A DNA stretch of 64,000 nucleotides from Bispira polyomma (GCA_965649765.1 OZ287755.1:36456001-36520000); one strand, 5' to 3'. Counted from the stretch's first letter, positions 13,111-27,152 are shown. Notes: generated from the letters alone by a model not told the origin. Made by a program: numbers and translations.

Positions 13111-16100
13111 ATAAAGTCATACCTCTGAAAATGGGCTCAAATTTTCTAATATATCAGAAGTAAATAGATATATTCAGCTGTGCTTTTGGTCCACAGTCCA
13201 CAGGGTAACCTAAGAAAAGGGCAAAAGGTAATGATGAGAAAATAAAAAATAGCATAACCACATTTGGGCATTTTTATTATCTACACATACTCTAACATTC
13301 AATACTAAAAGATTAGTTTTGTTAAGACATTTATTAATATATACATCATAAGGGGACCATGGAAGTTAGGGTCACCTTGTGCACTTAAGTTAACCTTTAA
13401 CTTTGTTTTAAGAGAGTGACTTAAGGTCACCATAATTTTTACAAGTTTAAATTTACTAGTGTGATATTGGTGACTTAAGGGTCACCATAATATTTTCAGA
13501 GTTTAAGGTGATTTTAGCGGTGAGTTGCAGTTGTATAAATATTATGTCAATGTTATTAATCTCTTTTTATGACATAGTATATATCAAATGCAGATCCATG
13601 AAGTGTCAGACTCTGCATCAAACATGAGTCTAACAACCAAATTTTAACATTTATGTTCACATTATATCCATCATAGCCTGTTGCTTTCTACAAATCTTCT
13701 CGTACATATTGACACTACTACTGGTCGCTTGTGATGTGTTACCTGTGCCAGCACTTTGACGATCACTAATATCGTGTACTTCTTCTTCTGCTACCACGGT
13801 TTATAAAACTTTAATCCTAACACAACATATACCTACTGGTGGCTCATGTTTAATTCTACACTTTTGAGCAATCAGCAACTTCTAATTGGGCTTGCCAGGT
13901 TTTATCCCTTCCCATTGTACAAACCCCACGTTTCCTTGTAAGTATGATATATTTCACCATTACCTTAAAATTCCGTTTACATAAATAAGTTAAAAAGCAC
14001 TAACTTTGATAGAAACTTGTAAAATAAAATTCAAATATTTCGCTTTTTTTCAATATAAAAACTATAATTTTCCACTTGTTGAAGCTTTATCTATTTTAAC
14101 ACTTTATAAGAAAAGCGGCAAAACCTTCTTCCAGGGATTTCTGATGAGAGTTAGGGGGAACTCTAGTACTTTTATCAGAGGACTGTAATGTACAACTGAT
14201 TTGAATGTAACATGTGCAATTAATGATTAATATCTGCATACTTATGTTCATATGCAATTTTGAAGTGAACTACATCAAATACACATTCATTCCATATTAA
14301 GTTTCATACATTTAATCTAAAATATAGGCTAAATTTGAAAATCTCCTTTGAAAGTCCTATTTGGTTTACGACTTCCAGAAAACTCAAAACCTATAAATTA
14401 ACTGCTGAACATATTTGTTACATTTGGAAAGATGTATATAAACTAGCGCAGGATAAATGATAGAAACTTAATTTTTGCAGGATTTATAAATGTGACTAAA
14501 AGTTAGCTCGATGCAGGTTTATATATTTATACATAGCAAAGCAGTTTGAGGGGTTGACTTTGTTTGAGAGTTATCTTTATTACTAAGTAGTATAGCTTGG
14601 GATGAATCCTGACATTTATTATCCTCATAATCTATACTCCAATAATCGTTTAAAAGTTGAATTAAACTTTGTCATGAATGTGTAGCTGGGTGATATTTGA
14701 TATTTAATATGATCTATACTCCACTAATCATTAAATGGTAAACTTAGAAATATGTACGCTTTGTCTCTTTGATTATTGTTAACTGTAGTGGTTACAAGTC
14801 TGATACAGAAACAAGCATTGCCAAGTTAAAGTAGACTAAAATGTTTTTTCTTGTCCATTGCAATGATGTCTAGTAACAATGCTATATGAAAACATTATAT
14901 GACAAGCAGGTATCACTATTGTGTGTATATAAGTTGCCTACTGTTTCATGATTAGATTTTTGGAGTCAACTGCCTTTCTGGAAAAAACTTGCAAGACATG
15001 TCTTTATTTGCGTGTGCCTAGTAACATGATTGACAGTTTTGGGGCAATCTTTTTTCGCTGCTAAGCAAATAACGTCATTATTGGATTTTCCTATCTCCGG
15101 AGATCTCTTCAGCAAGTGTCAATATCTATTTTATCTTGCTTAAAGTGTAAATTAGCTAGTCTTTTTTTTGTTTTAGCTAGCAGATCCCTTATTTATTTAT
15201 TAGGGTTAAAGTGTAAGTCATCTGGTGTGGCCAATCGATTTTTATAACACAAATATATTTCTAAAAATAGAAGTATCAAATTTAATAAAAAAAAATAAAT
15301 ATAACCCCCAAAAACAAAAAAAAAAACAAAAAAAAAAAAAAGACTACAGAAAAAAAAACTAAAGCAGAAAATCAGTAGTATGTAAAGCTATCGATAAGAC
15401 ATTGTCAGTGAACTACTAAATTACTTAAAAATATGGGTATATTTTCATGGCTTCAGTATACATTAATCCGGCTTTGAAATAACAATTTGCCATCTTAATA
15501 TATTAATAACAAGTTTGTTTGCCTATTTATACTATCGAGCGATATACTTCAACTCTGGTATAACATGTTACGGTTCATGGTTGTGCTGACAACGGTCCCT
15601 CCAACGATATAAAAAACAGCACGGTCACTGGCCACACTGTGTGAAAAGAAGAAAAAACAAAAATGTGTAACACTATGGGGCCATACAGCATGACAAATCA
15701 GTCGAAAAAGTTAGGGGTTTACTGTAAAATATCTTTTGTTTTTGTTTACTAACCTGACGATCCATTGCATATCAGAACGTTACAAATGGCTTTAGGTAAA
15801 GAGGGTTTAGATGAAGACAACTACCAGTGTTGACAATTAAGTCATAATTGGAACTGTTCACTGTAGCACCTTTGCGTATTGTCTTGCTTGCAACGTCCTC
15901 CACCCATGCATACCAATCCGTGATACTTTCTTGGGTTGTTGCTCAGCAGCCCTGATTGATCAAACAATGAACTTCATACCCAAAATTTTGAAGAAACAAT
16001 CTCTTGGTGACGCAGAAAAAAGGTGCTAGCCCCGGCATTATGGGCAGTGCTGGGATAGCCAGAATAAAAAAGGCAGTTCACCTGGTGGCATGGGTGTGGA

Positions 16101-17272
16101 TGTATGCATCATATCACCAATAGGGAATGGAGTGGGTGGTTATGAACTGCCAGGTGGGGCATGAATAGCAGCCTTCAACATTTCATGTTGCTCCATGGAT
16201 AACACTGCAATGATTTTTAGAATATCAGCTATTGGTGAAGACTCGGTAGTTAACATCTACATCAGAAAAATCCCTGGCAGACAAGCTTGTCCTTTTTTAA
16301 TACAAATTATGAAAATGTTTTCTGCCAGGCTTCCCCCGTTTCATCTGCTTCATCTAAATGCCGATGGACTAAAGCAATCTGCCTACAAGTGTGGTCAGTC
16401 CACAGAAACAGCTTCTTTTTATATAGAGAATGATATAAACATTTCTTTATCTTAAGGTACACCCATGGCATTAGTGCTGCTTTCTCTGTCGGCTGCCTTT
16501 GATACAATTCATCAGATTACACTTCTTGACTGTTTGTCATTATGGTTTGGTTTCCAAGGCACTGTCTTAAAATGGGTACTGCATATCTCTCAAATCTATT
16601 CCAAGCAGTTAAAATAGGTTCTGCTCTGTCAGACTTACTTAAGTTAGAGTTTGGTGTAACTCAGGGCTCAGTTTTGGTCCAATTCTATTTTCCTTATATA
16701 CAGCACCCCTCAGTCATGTTATTGAGAAGTACAGATGAATCAAGTATTCGTTTTTATGCTGATGATACGCAACTTTATCTTCATTTATCAAATAGAAATG
16801 CAACTTCTACATTTCATAGTTGAGAGATCTGTAATGGTACCTCTCTACCAGCAATGTAACCATTGTGGCAAATGTCCTGGTCAGCAGTCGCCTTGATTAC
16901 CATTACTTTCTTTACAGAGCCCTCGCTGGGACTGACCTACACAAATTGCAGTGTGTCCAAAACAGTTTGGCTTGGATAGTCCCAAGTTTACTCACATTAC
17001 TCCTGTTTTGAAACCCCCAACTGGCTGTTTATTGAGTATAGAGCTATATTCAAAACTGCTACCTTAGTCTATAAATATCTCAATTCAAGTCTTCCTCAGT
17101 CCTTACTTGTCCTATACAGGCAAACGCAATACAGGGCATAGTAGGCCTGAAAATGCTTTTTAAGTGCCCTACCTTTGTACGATCAGTTCACAGGTCAAAA
17201 AGACATTTTAACAATAGTTTCTCATATGATGCTCCTAACCTGTGGGATAATTGGCCTCATGATCTTCGTACT

Positions 17273-17530
17273 CTGCTTAAAAGTGGAATGTTTTATTTAC
17301 ATGGTATATATTAACTGTACATAAAAATTTAAAAGTATAACAATTTTTATAACTTTGACGCTTTGCTTTTAAATCAATTATGATGGTAAGCAAGTAAGCA
17401 AGGAAAGGTGTCAAAACCTTCTTTTGGGCGACTTCTGATTGGTCGCTAAGCTAGTAATCAAATGATAGTTTACTTTAAAACCCTAACTTTTGTCGACTGA
17501 CTTGCCATGCTGTGTGGCCCCGCAGTCACT
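17273..17530 (-). mobile_element. Short terminal-repeat relic (B-like plus A-like) of a YR retrotransposon family
   Basis: Absent from the homologous L2 site at about 3835-3860. The left half matches 18661-18810 and the right half matches 36340-36478. Confidence 0.6.
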
Positions 17531-17652
17531 TACACTTCTCTGTTTTAGGGAAAAGCTCAAAACCTCCCTATTTAGCAAGGCTTTTCCACCATAGCCTTAC
17601 TACCTTTTTCCGGCGTCTCCATGGTCAGAACCCCTGTACCTCCAATGGCTAT

Positions 17653-17853
17653 CTTGGATCGGCGGGCGTTGGTTCGACTCCCATCGATACCTATGTGGGA
17701 AAGGTGGTAGTTCCTTATTGTGAGCCGCTGGTTTCAGTGCAGAACCTTGATCAACTGTATGCAGTGTTTCCTTCAACGTTTCCCACTACCCATCCTAATA
17801 TAACCTAAACAGATACTAGAGTGGACGTTAAATATCCCAATTAAAAAGAAAAA
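17653..17853 (+). mobile_element. 5'-truncated SINE (same family as 2497-2752)
   Basis: GGTTCGACTCC...CTATGTGGGAAAGGTGGTAGTTCCTTA...GTGGACGTTAAATATCC. Near-perfect TSD TCCAA(T/G)GGCTAT. The empty site is seen at about 3956-3967. Confidence 0.85.
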
Positions 17854-18489
17854 TCCAAGGGCTATATAAAATTGTCATAATGATATTCTGTCTCATGCAA
17901 CTTAGAGATAAGTGCCATAAGAGTTAGATTAGATTATATCAGCCTCTCGAGATGAAAAGCCGAAAAAGAAAATTTTAACATCAACTCCAAACAGACAAAA
18001 GAGGTAGTGCGTAAACAAGACAAAAACTATTTATTTACACATGAAAAGAGACAGCGGTTTCTACTGAGATGAATCTCCAAGAAGACAACTTGGACATGTC
18101 TTGGCAGAATGACAGTTTGGCGTCAAAAGGTAACATGTCTACTGAAGAGAAGAGCGCACCAAAGAGATTCCTTGATAAAACAGCAGAGAAAAGTATGTTG
18201 CGTGAAAACAACAACAAAAGCTAGTCCAGTAAAGTCTTTACAAGAGTGGCTCAGATACTGGTGACATGATGCACGACTCCTTTGCGACTCCTGTACAACT
18301 CATCTGGCAAAACCTTAAAAAGAGACCTGCAAACATTTATAAATATAGGATTTATATTGACTTTCCTACATATATATTCGGGTAGTCCATCACAACTCGG
18401 GGATTTATTATTAGATAAACTATGCAAGGCTTCAATACATTCATCTATAGTGATGTCAAGGTCACAGAAGTGTTGCATGGTCATCAAGT

Positions 18490-18656
18490 GGCCCAGTTCT
18501 TCATATGAGAAAATTGTCAGGTACTTGCCAATGTCAGTGGGGTTTTCAGTGCTTCAGCACTAGTTCCCCCTCCCCCACCACCATCACCACTAATCATGGC
18601 TGTTGCAATATGAAAACAGCTGTTGAAATTGACGTAAAATTCAAATATTATTATTA
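18490..18656 (+). mobile_element. Diverged SINE 3' part
   Basis: GCTGTTGAAATTGACGTAAAATTCAAA(TAT)n tail. A reverse copy of the same tail occurs at about 41020-41125. Confidence 0.5.
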
Positions 18657-18660
18657 AGTC

Positions 18661-19290
18661 GCTTAAAAGTTTCTGTGGTTCAAAGCAAGGACAAGACCTA
18701 ATTAAGACCTAATTAAAAGACCTAATTAAAACGAGTTTGGGGTATTTTATTTACATCTTATATGACATCTGTACATAAAAATTTAACAGTATACAAAATT
18801 TTATAACTGCCAGTAGGGATACACAGGTTAATTAAAATCTCGTAAAACATAATGTAACAATCAAATTGTATCACTTGTATATAATACGAATGGGTACATA
18901 TTAGTTGACCCGTTGTACACATATAGCGTTAAATATATCCTTTAAAAGGTTAAATTATTCCATAATCATTGAAAAGCACATCATTAAAAAAGATACATTT
19001 ATATACAACTTTGAAAGTAATTATAAAATTAACAAGAAAACCCTTTAATTAGGTGGAGAGTGGGTAATTAACAAACATACATAACAAATTAACAGTATAC
19101 AAATTTTATAACTGCAAAAGCCAGCAGAGAAAAGTTAAGCAGAGGAGATGATAGCAGCAAAAGTTTGAGGGATTATGGAAGCAGCATGTGAAGTCCATTC
19201 TACATAATGCCAAATTTTAGTTCAAATCCTGGTAGTACCCATACTATTATCGCTGGCATACTTATTAAAACTTTTCTCCTTGTTTTCAAT
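18661..19290 (-). mobile_element. 3' end relic of another YR retrotransposon (duplicated B-like repeat plus YR C-terminus)
   Basis: TTAACAGTATACAAA(A)TTTTATAACTGC occurs twice (about 18783 and 19089). The adjacent sequence is similar to the YR C-terminus at 30690-30770. Confidence 0.6.
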
Positions 19291-19499
19291 CATGTTGAAA
19301 ATACTGTTGCCATGCTTCATTCTAGTCATCACTAGGATCCTTTCCTGGAACTCGTTCAAATTATCACCATCAATATCCATCTCAAATCACAATCTGCCGT
19401 TCTTTTCTACCACAATTAGACAACACGAACACAGCCTTTCTCTGTTTTAAACTACACATCTTTCGCCGTCCAAACCCACAAGTTAAAAACCTATGGATT

Positions 19500-21621
19500 C
19501 CATTACTTACTGCTCTCTGTGACGATGTTCAAATAAACCCTGGGCCTTTCCAATCAAATCTAAAAATTGGTGCCTTTAATGCCAGAACTATCAGCAATAA
19601 GGTGCCTTCAGTCACTGCCCTTATTGAAACCCAAGACCTTGATGTGGTCTGCCTGTCTGAGACCTGGCTCAGCTCAACGGATACTTCTGCATTCCTCTCC
19701 GAAATCACGCCGTCAGGTTATAGATTGTACAACTCCACTAGGCCTGTCAAGCGCGGGGGGTGGGGGGGGCATTGCTATCTTTGTCAAAAGTACTCTTTCA
19801 AGCAAAATTCTCAATATTGATTACCCTCCATCTTTCGAATGTATTACATGCAAAATTTCAAATGGATCTCAATTATTTTTAGTCTCCTCCTTCTATCGTC
19901 CACCTAACCCTTCTATATCTGCCTTCCATCAAGACTTTTCTGGTTTCCTTGAATCTATTACCCTCCTCCCGCTGGAATCAATTGTACTTGGTGACTTCAA
20001 CATCAACATCAAAGTCAACATCAATAACAACCAAAGATTTTTACAGCCTCTTGAATATCTTTAAATTCAAACAGTTTATTTCCTGTCTGACCCATCTCCA
20101 TAACCACATTTTTGACCTGATCATCGCTCGACCTGATACAGGATGTATGGGTTACTGACGGGGTGTCTGACCATCTTGCCACTTTTGCACACCTCGTGCT
20201 GCCCAAACCACTCTCACACAAACCGAAGGTAATTAAATTCCGCATCATCAGGAAAATTAATATTCTAAAATTTCGGGATGACATACTTGCTTCTCGCCTT
20301 ATTAAACACCCTTGTAAAATGCAGAAACTCTCAGTCTACAATATAACCACACTTTGTTCTCGATCCTTAACAGTCATGCTCCTTGGGTTTCTAAAACCCT
20401 CCCACTTTCTGACCCCCAAGAGTGACAAACCCAGAAATCAAGGAAGCTAAAAGGCATAAATGTCAACTTGAGTGGCTATGGTGGCGCACTAAATCATCAC
20501 TTGACAGGAAGTGCTACAGAATCGCCACAAACCACTTCAATGCACTAATGACCAGAGCCAAAAAAGAGCACTATGATTCAATCATCAATGAGAATTAAAA
20601 CTTACCAAAAAAGTTATAGAGCTCTATAAATAAGATTCTCCATCGCACAGCTGAAAAAGTTTTGCCTGAAAATCACTGCCTCACATTTCTTGCAGAAAAA
20701 TTTGGAAATTTTTTTATTGTAAAAATAACTAAAATTCGAGGTTTTTCAACAATGCTACAGTTGTCTCCACCATCCCCTGGCTATAAAGTCTCATTTTAAG
20801 AGAACGATGTTCTCAAACTCATAAAATCCAACTCCATCAAATGCTGTGAACTAGATCCTATCCCTGCCACGGTTCTCACAGAATGTCTAGACATTCTCAT
20901 AACTCCTATTACCAACATCATAAATTTTTCGCTTAGAGATGGTATTTTTCCCTCATTTCAAAACTGCATATGTCGCCCCCTTGCTGAAGAAACCAGCCCT
21001 TGACAAAAACGGGCTAAAAAATTATAGACCAGTCTCTATCCTCAGCTTTGTATCTAAACTTATCGAGAAAGCTGTTGCTAAAGAAATTCATGACCACCTT
21101 AATAAACAAAATCTGGCTAACTGCCACCAATCTGCCTACAGAAAATTTAACTCCACAGAGAGTGCTTTCCTTTCACACTCAAATCTATCTCTCTCTTAAC
21201 ACTCAGAATGCCAGACACAACCTGGATTTCCTTGCCGACTGTCTCTCCTCAGTTCAGGCTTGGATGAACTACTCCAAACTGAAACTAAACCCTGACAAAA
21301 CTGAATTCATCCCAATTAGAAATAAGAAACACAGTGAATACTTCAGATCACTTTTCCTAATCACACTGCTGGGTAATGAGATTCAACCTTCAAACCAGGT
21401 CACAAACTTAGGTGTCACTATCGACCCTGCTTTTTCATTTCTTCCTCACATTAACAGCATCCAACGCTCCTGTTATTATCATATTCGGGACCTTAAAAGA
21501 ATCAGAAATTATTTGTCAGTAAATACTGCTATCACTGTGGCGCACGCTCTTGTAAGTAGCCGCCTTGACTACTGTAATTTTCTTCTGTATGGAGCCAATA
21601 AGTCCCACATTGACAAGTTGC
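19500..21621 (+). mobile_element. L2/CR1-type LINE ORF2, 5' part (APE plus partial RT), degenerate
   Basis: NARTISNK, CLSETWL, FYRPP, LGDFN, SDH, CELDPIP, NYRPVS, KLKLNPDKTE. RT core is deleted near 21170. Interrupted by the Nimb LINE. Confidence 0.9.
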
Positions 21622-21911
21622 TTAGTTAAGTTAAAATTTTAGTGCAAAAACACCTTAGTGTTATACTGCACTATTAAAATTAATAAATACACTAACTAAA
21701 TATATACAAACAACATTAACATTAAACAAACGAAACAATGACTAGATCAGAGAATAAAATGCCAAAAATATAAAATATAACAAATAAATACAAAATATAA
21801 AGATAACAATACTACAAACAAGACTAGACTATAAAAAAACAAAGAAATCATAGAAAACACAATAAATTAACTCTTATTAACAGAATAAATTACTTAACTA
21901 TAGCTTAAAAC

Positions 21912-24900
21912 TTATAAAAACAAACCTATTTCCTTTAAATAATTAAAAACACTATTTACATTTGTATGTAACAATTCTTTCAAATTATTACTATTAAAAT
22001 GTTTTATTTGAACATCATGTAGGTCGATACAGTCTAATAATATATACCTGACTGTATCGGGACAATGACATGGAATGCACCAGGGTTTATCCTCACCTTT
22101 CAACAGATAACTATGTGTAAAATAGGTGTGTCCTATACGGGCTCGAGTAATAACTATTTCTTCCCTACGAGATAAACCCATCCAAAAATTAAAATCTCCA
22201 ACTGTAGGGTTTATTTGAAATAGTTTGTTATCAGGACACGCATTACATTGGGCTTGCCACTTTTGTTTAAAAACACTATTTACATTAACTTTAAAGTCTG
22301 TATAGGGGACTTTCAAGTCTAAAATGTTAAAATTCAATGCTTGTTTGGCAAGCTTGTCTGCCACTTCATTGCCCTTAATACCTACACGACTAGGAACCCA
22401 TGCTAAAACTACTTTTTTGTTCACTGATAAACACTGATTAAAAACCTTTAAAATATCCTGTAAATAGGGATGATCACAGTTATTGCCATCAATGGCTTTC
22501 AGACTAGATAGAGAGTCAGTGAATACAATAAACTTTAACCCCTCACAATGTCTAATAATGTTAAATGCCATTTTCAGAGCCTGCAATTCAGCTGTAAATA
22601 TGCTGGCATTGCCAGGTAATCTAACTTGGGCACTGAGGCCATTTGATGTTGCTGCTGCAGCTACTTTGTTTTTATCTTTAGAACCATCAGTATATATTGC
22701 CCTGTGATCAGAATAACAATTGATCAACTGGCTAAAGAGACTTTGAAATAAATAATCGTCTCCTATATGTTTTTTATTTTGTGCCAAGTAGTAATCAATG
22801 TGTGTTTTTTGTATAGTCCAGGGTGGGTCTTCTGGCAATGACACAGTCTGAATTAAATCCAACCGAGGACAGACAGCAGCTAAGTCTGCCTTAATACGAT
22901 GCCCAAATGATTTTATAGCAGATGGTTTATTTTCATACTTATCAATGTACTGAGGGTTATATACTACTTCATAGGTTGGATTTTGAGGGTTACTTCTCAA
23001 CTTTATTGCATACTGAACACACAGTTTATGTAATCTCAGGTATAATGGTGGTTCATTAGCTTCTACATATAAGCTTTGCATTGGAGAAGTCCTGAAGGCT
23101 CCTAGGCATATTCTTAAGCCCTGGTTTTGAATGGGTTCCAATTTTCTCAAATAAGACTTACGGGCAGAGCTAAAAACTGCACAACCATATTCCATCCTTG
23201 ATCTAACAAAAGATCGATACATCCTTAGTAGTACACTTCTGTCTGCACCCCAATCCATTGTTGAGACTACTTTTAATAAATTCATTGCTTTGTCACATTT
23301 CTTACGCACATAGTCAATATGTGCTTTAAAATTCAACTTGTTATCAAGTATAATGCCAAGAAACTTTGTTTGTGTTACTACAGGTATCTGAGTGCCATAT
23401 AATGTCAATGTAGGATCTAGATGGAGTTTTCTTTGGTTACAGAAGTGCATGCATACTGTTTTAGTTTTAGAAAATTTAAATCCATTTTCATCAGCCCATT
23501 TTTCAATTTTATTCAGGCATAGCTGTAATTGTCTCTCTATAGAGGCCATATTACTTGAGCTATATGTTATTGAGAGGTCATCAACAAAGAGAGACTTTTC
23601 AAAGTTGGATGGAATAATATCACTTATGCTATTGATTTTTAAAATAAACAAAGTAACAGCAAGGATACTTCCTTGAGGAACAACCATTTCTTGATTGTGC
23701 ATATCTGAATAAACTGATCCTAGACGAACTTTAAAAACTCTATTGGATAAAAAATTCTGAATAAAAACAGGCATTCTACCACGAAGCCCTGCCTTATACA
23801 AATCTCTGGCAACACCTTATTTCCAAGCAGTATCATATGCTTTTTCTAGATCAAAAAATACTGAAACTACATGGTTACCTTTTAAAAATGAATCTCTAAT
23901 TAAAGATTCCAGCATTCAGGGATTTCACCAGTTATCCATATTTCATTAAATATGTCTTATAGTACCACAAGTGAATCCCTTGGCAAATGTTTAAGTAATT
24001 GATAATGTACTTCATCAGGCCCTGTGGCTGTATCATGAGACTTTTTTAATGCATCTATCAATTCTGATATATTGAACTCCATATTATAATTTTCTTGGTT
24101 TCTTGATGCAAAATTAAGCTTTTCTTTTCCAGCCTTTTCCTGATATTTCTGAAACTTAACAGAGTAATTTTTACTGCTGGAATTTTTGCTTATTTCTTCT
24201 GCCAACATATTTGCTATATCTCCTCTTTCTGTTATTTTACTTCCATCAGTATTTACCAGATGTCTTACTGTTGTATTATTTTGCCTCCCATTTATTTTCC
24301 TAAGCATTTCCCATACCTTTTTGGCTGAAGTATTTGTATTCAGTTTCGATATATATTCCTGCCAGGAGTTTCTTTTAGCTGCTTTAATTACACTCCGAGC
24401 CTTAGCCTTGCAGTTTCTATATTCATTTATATTTGCCGATGTTGGATTTATTCGGCATTTATCTAGGGCTTTCTGACGAGCTTTTTGGACCCTTTTACAT
24501 TGATCATTAAACCATGGTTTAAAACTACCAGTGGACTGTCCTGAGGATTTAGGTATACTTTTTGTGGCTGTGTCATTCAATTTACTCATAAAAACAGGAA
24601 ACTTGTCACTCAAATTTTGAAATGTATGTCTATTAATTTCAAGTGAGCAATGTAGCTGATATTTTACCCAATCAGCCTTTTTAATGTTCCAACGGGGTGC
24701 ACTGTCTCTTGGTATATTTTTAACTATATCGATTAGAATTGGGAAATGATCACTACCACATTGGTCACTGTGAACTTGCCAAGTAAAGTCAAGGAATATT
24801 GAACTGGAACATAATGATAAATCTATTGCAGTTAAAGATCCTGTAGCTGGATGTAGATATGTAGGAGAATAGTCATTGAGTAAACAAACACCAGATGAAT

Positions 24901-25387
24901 CTAATATATGCTCAATCTTTTCTCCTCTACTATCACAGTGATTTGAACCTTACAACTCATTATGGGCATTAAAGTCACCTATTAATAAAAATGGTTGTGG
25001 CAGTTCATTGACTAGATTATCTAAGTTTTTCTGTGTAACTGTACAACTAGGTGGAATATATATACAACATATAGTTATGGTTTTGTGTAGGGATACTTTA
25101 ACTGCTACGGCTTGTAACTGTGTAGTTAAGGAGATTACTTCATGTGGCACACCTTTTTTAACAAATAATGAGCAACCTCCAAATACTCTTCCATTAACTT
25201 CTGAAACACTAGTTTTGTAATAGTGATCAAAGCCTCTCAACTTGTAATTATCATTGTCTTTAAAATATGTTTCCTGCAAAGCTAAAATGTATGGACTAAA
25301 ATCAGAAATTAAATGTTTAATTTCTTCAAAATTTGGCTTATAGCCATGACAGTTCCACTGGATAATGTGTTTTTGGTTTGGTTTCAT
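21912..25387 (-). pseudogene. Nimb LINE ORF2 (endonuclease-RT-RNase H), broken into 24950-25387, 23957-24613 and 21912-23801
   Basis: ORF-track pieces are colinear, with stops/frameshifts and a deletion near 23910-23955. Confidence 0.9.
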
Positions 25388-25396
25388 TATTTAATT

Positions 25397-26624
25397 TTAT
25401 TTACAATTTTGACTCCGGGGTCTTCCTCTATTATTTTGTGGTGGTAGGTCAACCATCATTTCATGATCATCCTCAACATTTGAGTAAAGAGTATCTTGTT
25501 TATTATATTGTTCAATAAGAGCATTTGACCCTTTTGAATTTCTATTTCTATTGAGAATTACCTTACTCTGGTTATTTGTCACTTTGACTGATTCATTTTG
25601 TGATTTGGTTGCTTCAGTTTGACATGAAGATGTAACTTTGGTTAAAATTACTTTTGAATCCTTTTCATTTGTTGCTTGTGGTAATTTTTTGGGACTTTTT
25701 AATGTTTCTGGCCAAGTCATATCAGTTTTTTTGGAGCAAAGTGTCACAGATTTTGTTACTTTGGCATATGAAGTTTTTACATTATTAAATATTGATATTT
25801 GTTTCTTGGCTTCTGTATAAGATATACCTCTTTCAGTTTTGATTTTTTTTATTTCTTTTTCTTCTTTCCATTTTGGGCAAGTTTTGTCGGTAGCTGAATG
25901 ATTTCCCTCACAATTAATACACTTGGCATCATTTTCGCATTCATGTATATCTGTATGATTCTCACTACCACATTTTGGGCACACTTCTTTTCTTCTACAT
26001 GTATATTTTGTATGACCAAATTTTTGGCATCTGAAGCACCTCATTGGATTTGGAACAAACACTGACACAGGCACTCGCAAATAACCCACCCTGATGTATT
26101 TTGGTAGCACTTGGCATGCAAAAGTCAATATGAAAGTCCCAGTACGCCTTCTTTCGCCCTCTCGAAAAAATCGTTATTCGGTCCAACTTTACAACACCCT
26201 CAGATTGTAAACCTTCTAATATTTCATCATCTGCACATTCTTTAATATATGGACATCTTATCACTCCTTTCTTTTTATTCAAAGTATTGTGAGGGGTTAC
26301 GCTGATTGGTATAGAGTAGTCCATTGTCAAGTCCAATTTTGTTGTTTTCAAAAGTTTGTCACTTTGCTTTTCTTTATCAACCTCAACTAAAATATCTCCT
26401 GATCTTAGTTTTTTTATGTTGATAGGTTCAGTGCCCATTACAGATAAAATGGCCTTATTAACAGCAAAAGGTGAAAGTTTCAGTAGAGAATTTTCTGTAT
26501 CAGAACCTTGCAAAAGTAAAAATCGAGGCCAAGAACAAGCAATACCAGTTTCCAAAGTCATAAATCCTGGGTCATTCGTGGGTCGAGTCCTTTTTCTTCC
26601 ATCCGTTTGATTTTGTGATGCCAT
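25397..26624 (-). pseudogene. Nimb LINE ORF1 (nucleic-acid-binding gag-like protein), one frameshift near 26130-26170
   Basis: MASQNQ...KKLRSGDILVE...PHNTLN followed by CFRCQKFGH, CPKCGSENH and CINCEGNH knuckles. Confidence 0.88.
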
Positions 26625-27152
26625 GGTTAAATAGTTAATATTCACTGCCAATGCTCTCCACCCACACTTCGAGCCCAACAAGGGGATACCGAATTGTGTG
26701 GGGCTATGCCCAGCACACAGGTACCAGAGATACATTGGCAGTATACTCAAAGCACACTAAAAATGAACCTCAATTGACCTGTTAAGCAGCCGCCTTCTAG
26801 ATACTTCAAACAAAAGCACAAACCAGATACCAGCAGAATAAAACTAACAAAACAACGATATAAACATTCACCAACAACAAACCATCACTTAATTTGGAGC
26901 ACTAGGGCTTGGCACTACCAGCCGATTGGTTAAGCCAGGCCATCTTAACCATCCGTCTAAGTGAAATTGAGGCCAAAGCTATGTATTGCCTCCTCAATGC
27001 CGCAGCAAGGTATCGACTCAACAACCAGGACCCTCTCTTCCACTGACATGGACCGCAACCCACGGCAAACAGGTTGCCCCCAATTAGTCGCCTCTTACGA
27101 CACGCTGGAGGATACGTTGGGCCTATTCTACTTCCCCGGACTCACAGGGGGA

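Larger units (their letters stand above)
16380..17936 (+). mobile_element. Degenerate L2/CR1-type LINE 3' half carrying two nested insertions
   Basis: QSAYK...STETA, FGVTQGSVL, FYADDTQLY, SSRLDY. The 3' end matches 3556-4052 and ends in TTAGATTAGATT. Confidence 0.85.
21622..27152 (-). mobile_element. Full-length I/Nimb-clade LINE (ORF1 gag-like; ORF2 APE-RT-RNase H)
   Basis: 13-bp TSD ATTGACAAGTTGC at 21609-21621 and 27153-27165. Three zinc knuckles, QWNC/QET, PQGS/FVDD, YTDGS...AEL...TDS...WVPS.VGIKGNE.AD. Confidence 0.95.

Noticed and set aside
14141-14170. Hammerhead ribozyme (CTGATGA plus GAGTT/AACTC stem)
   Set aside because: No GAAA follows the stem, and the sequence overlaps an A-like repeat fragment.
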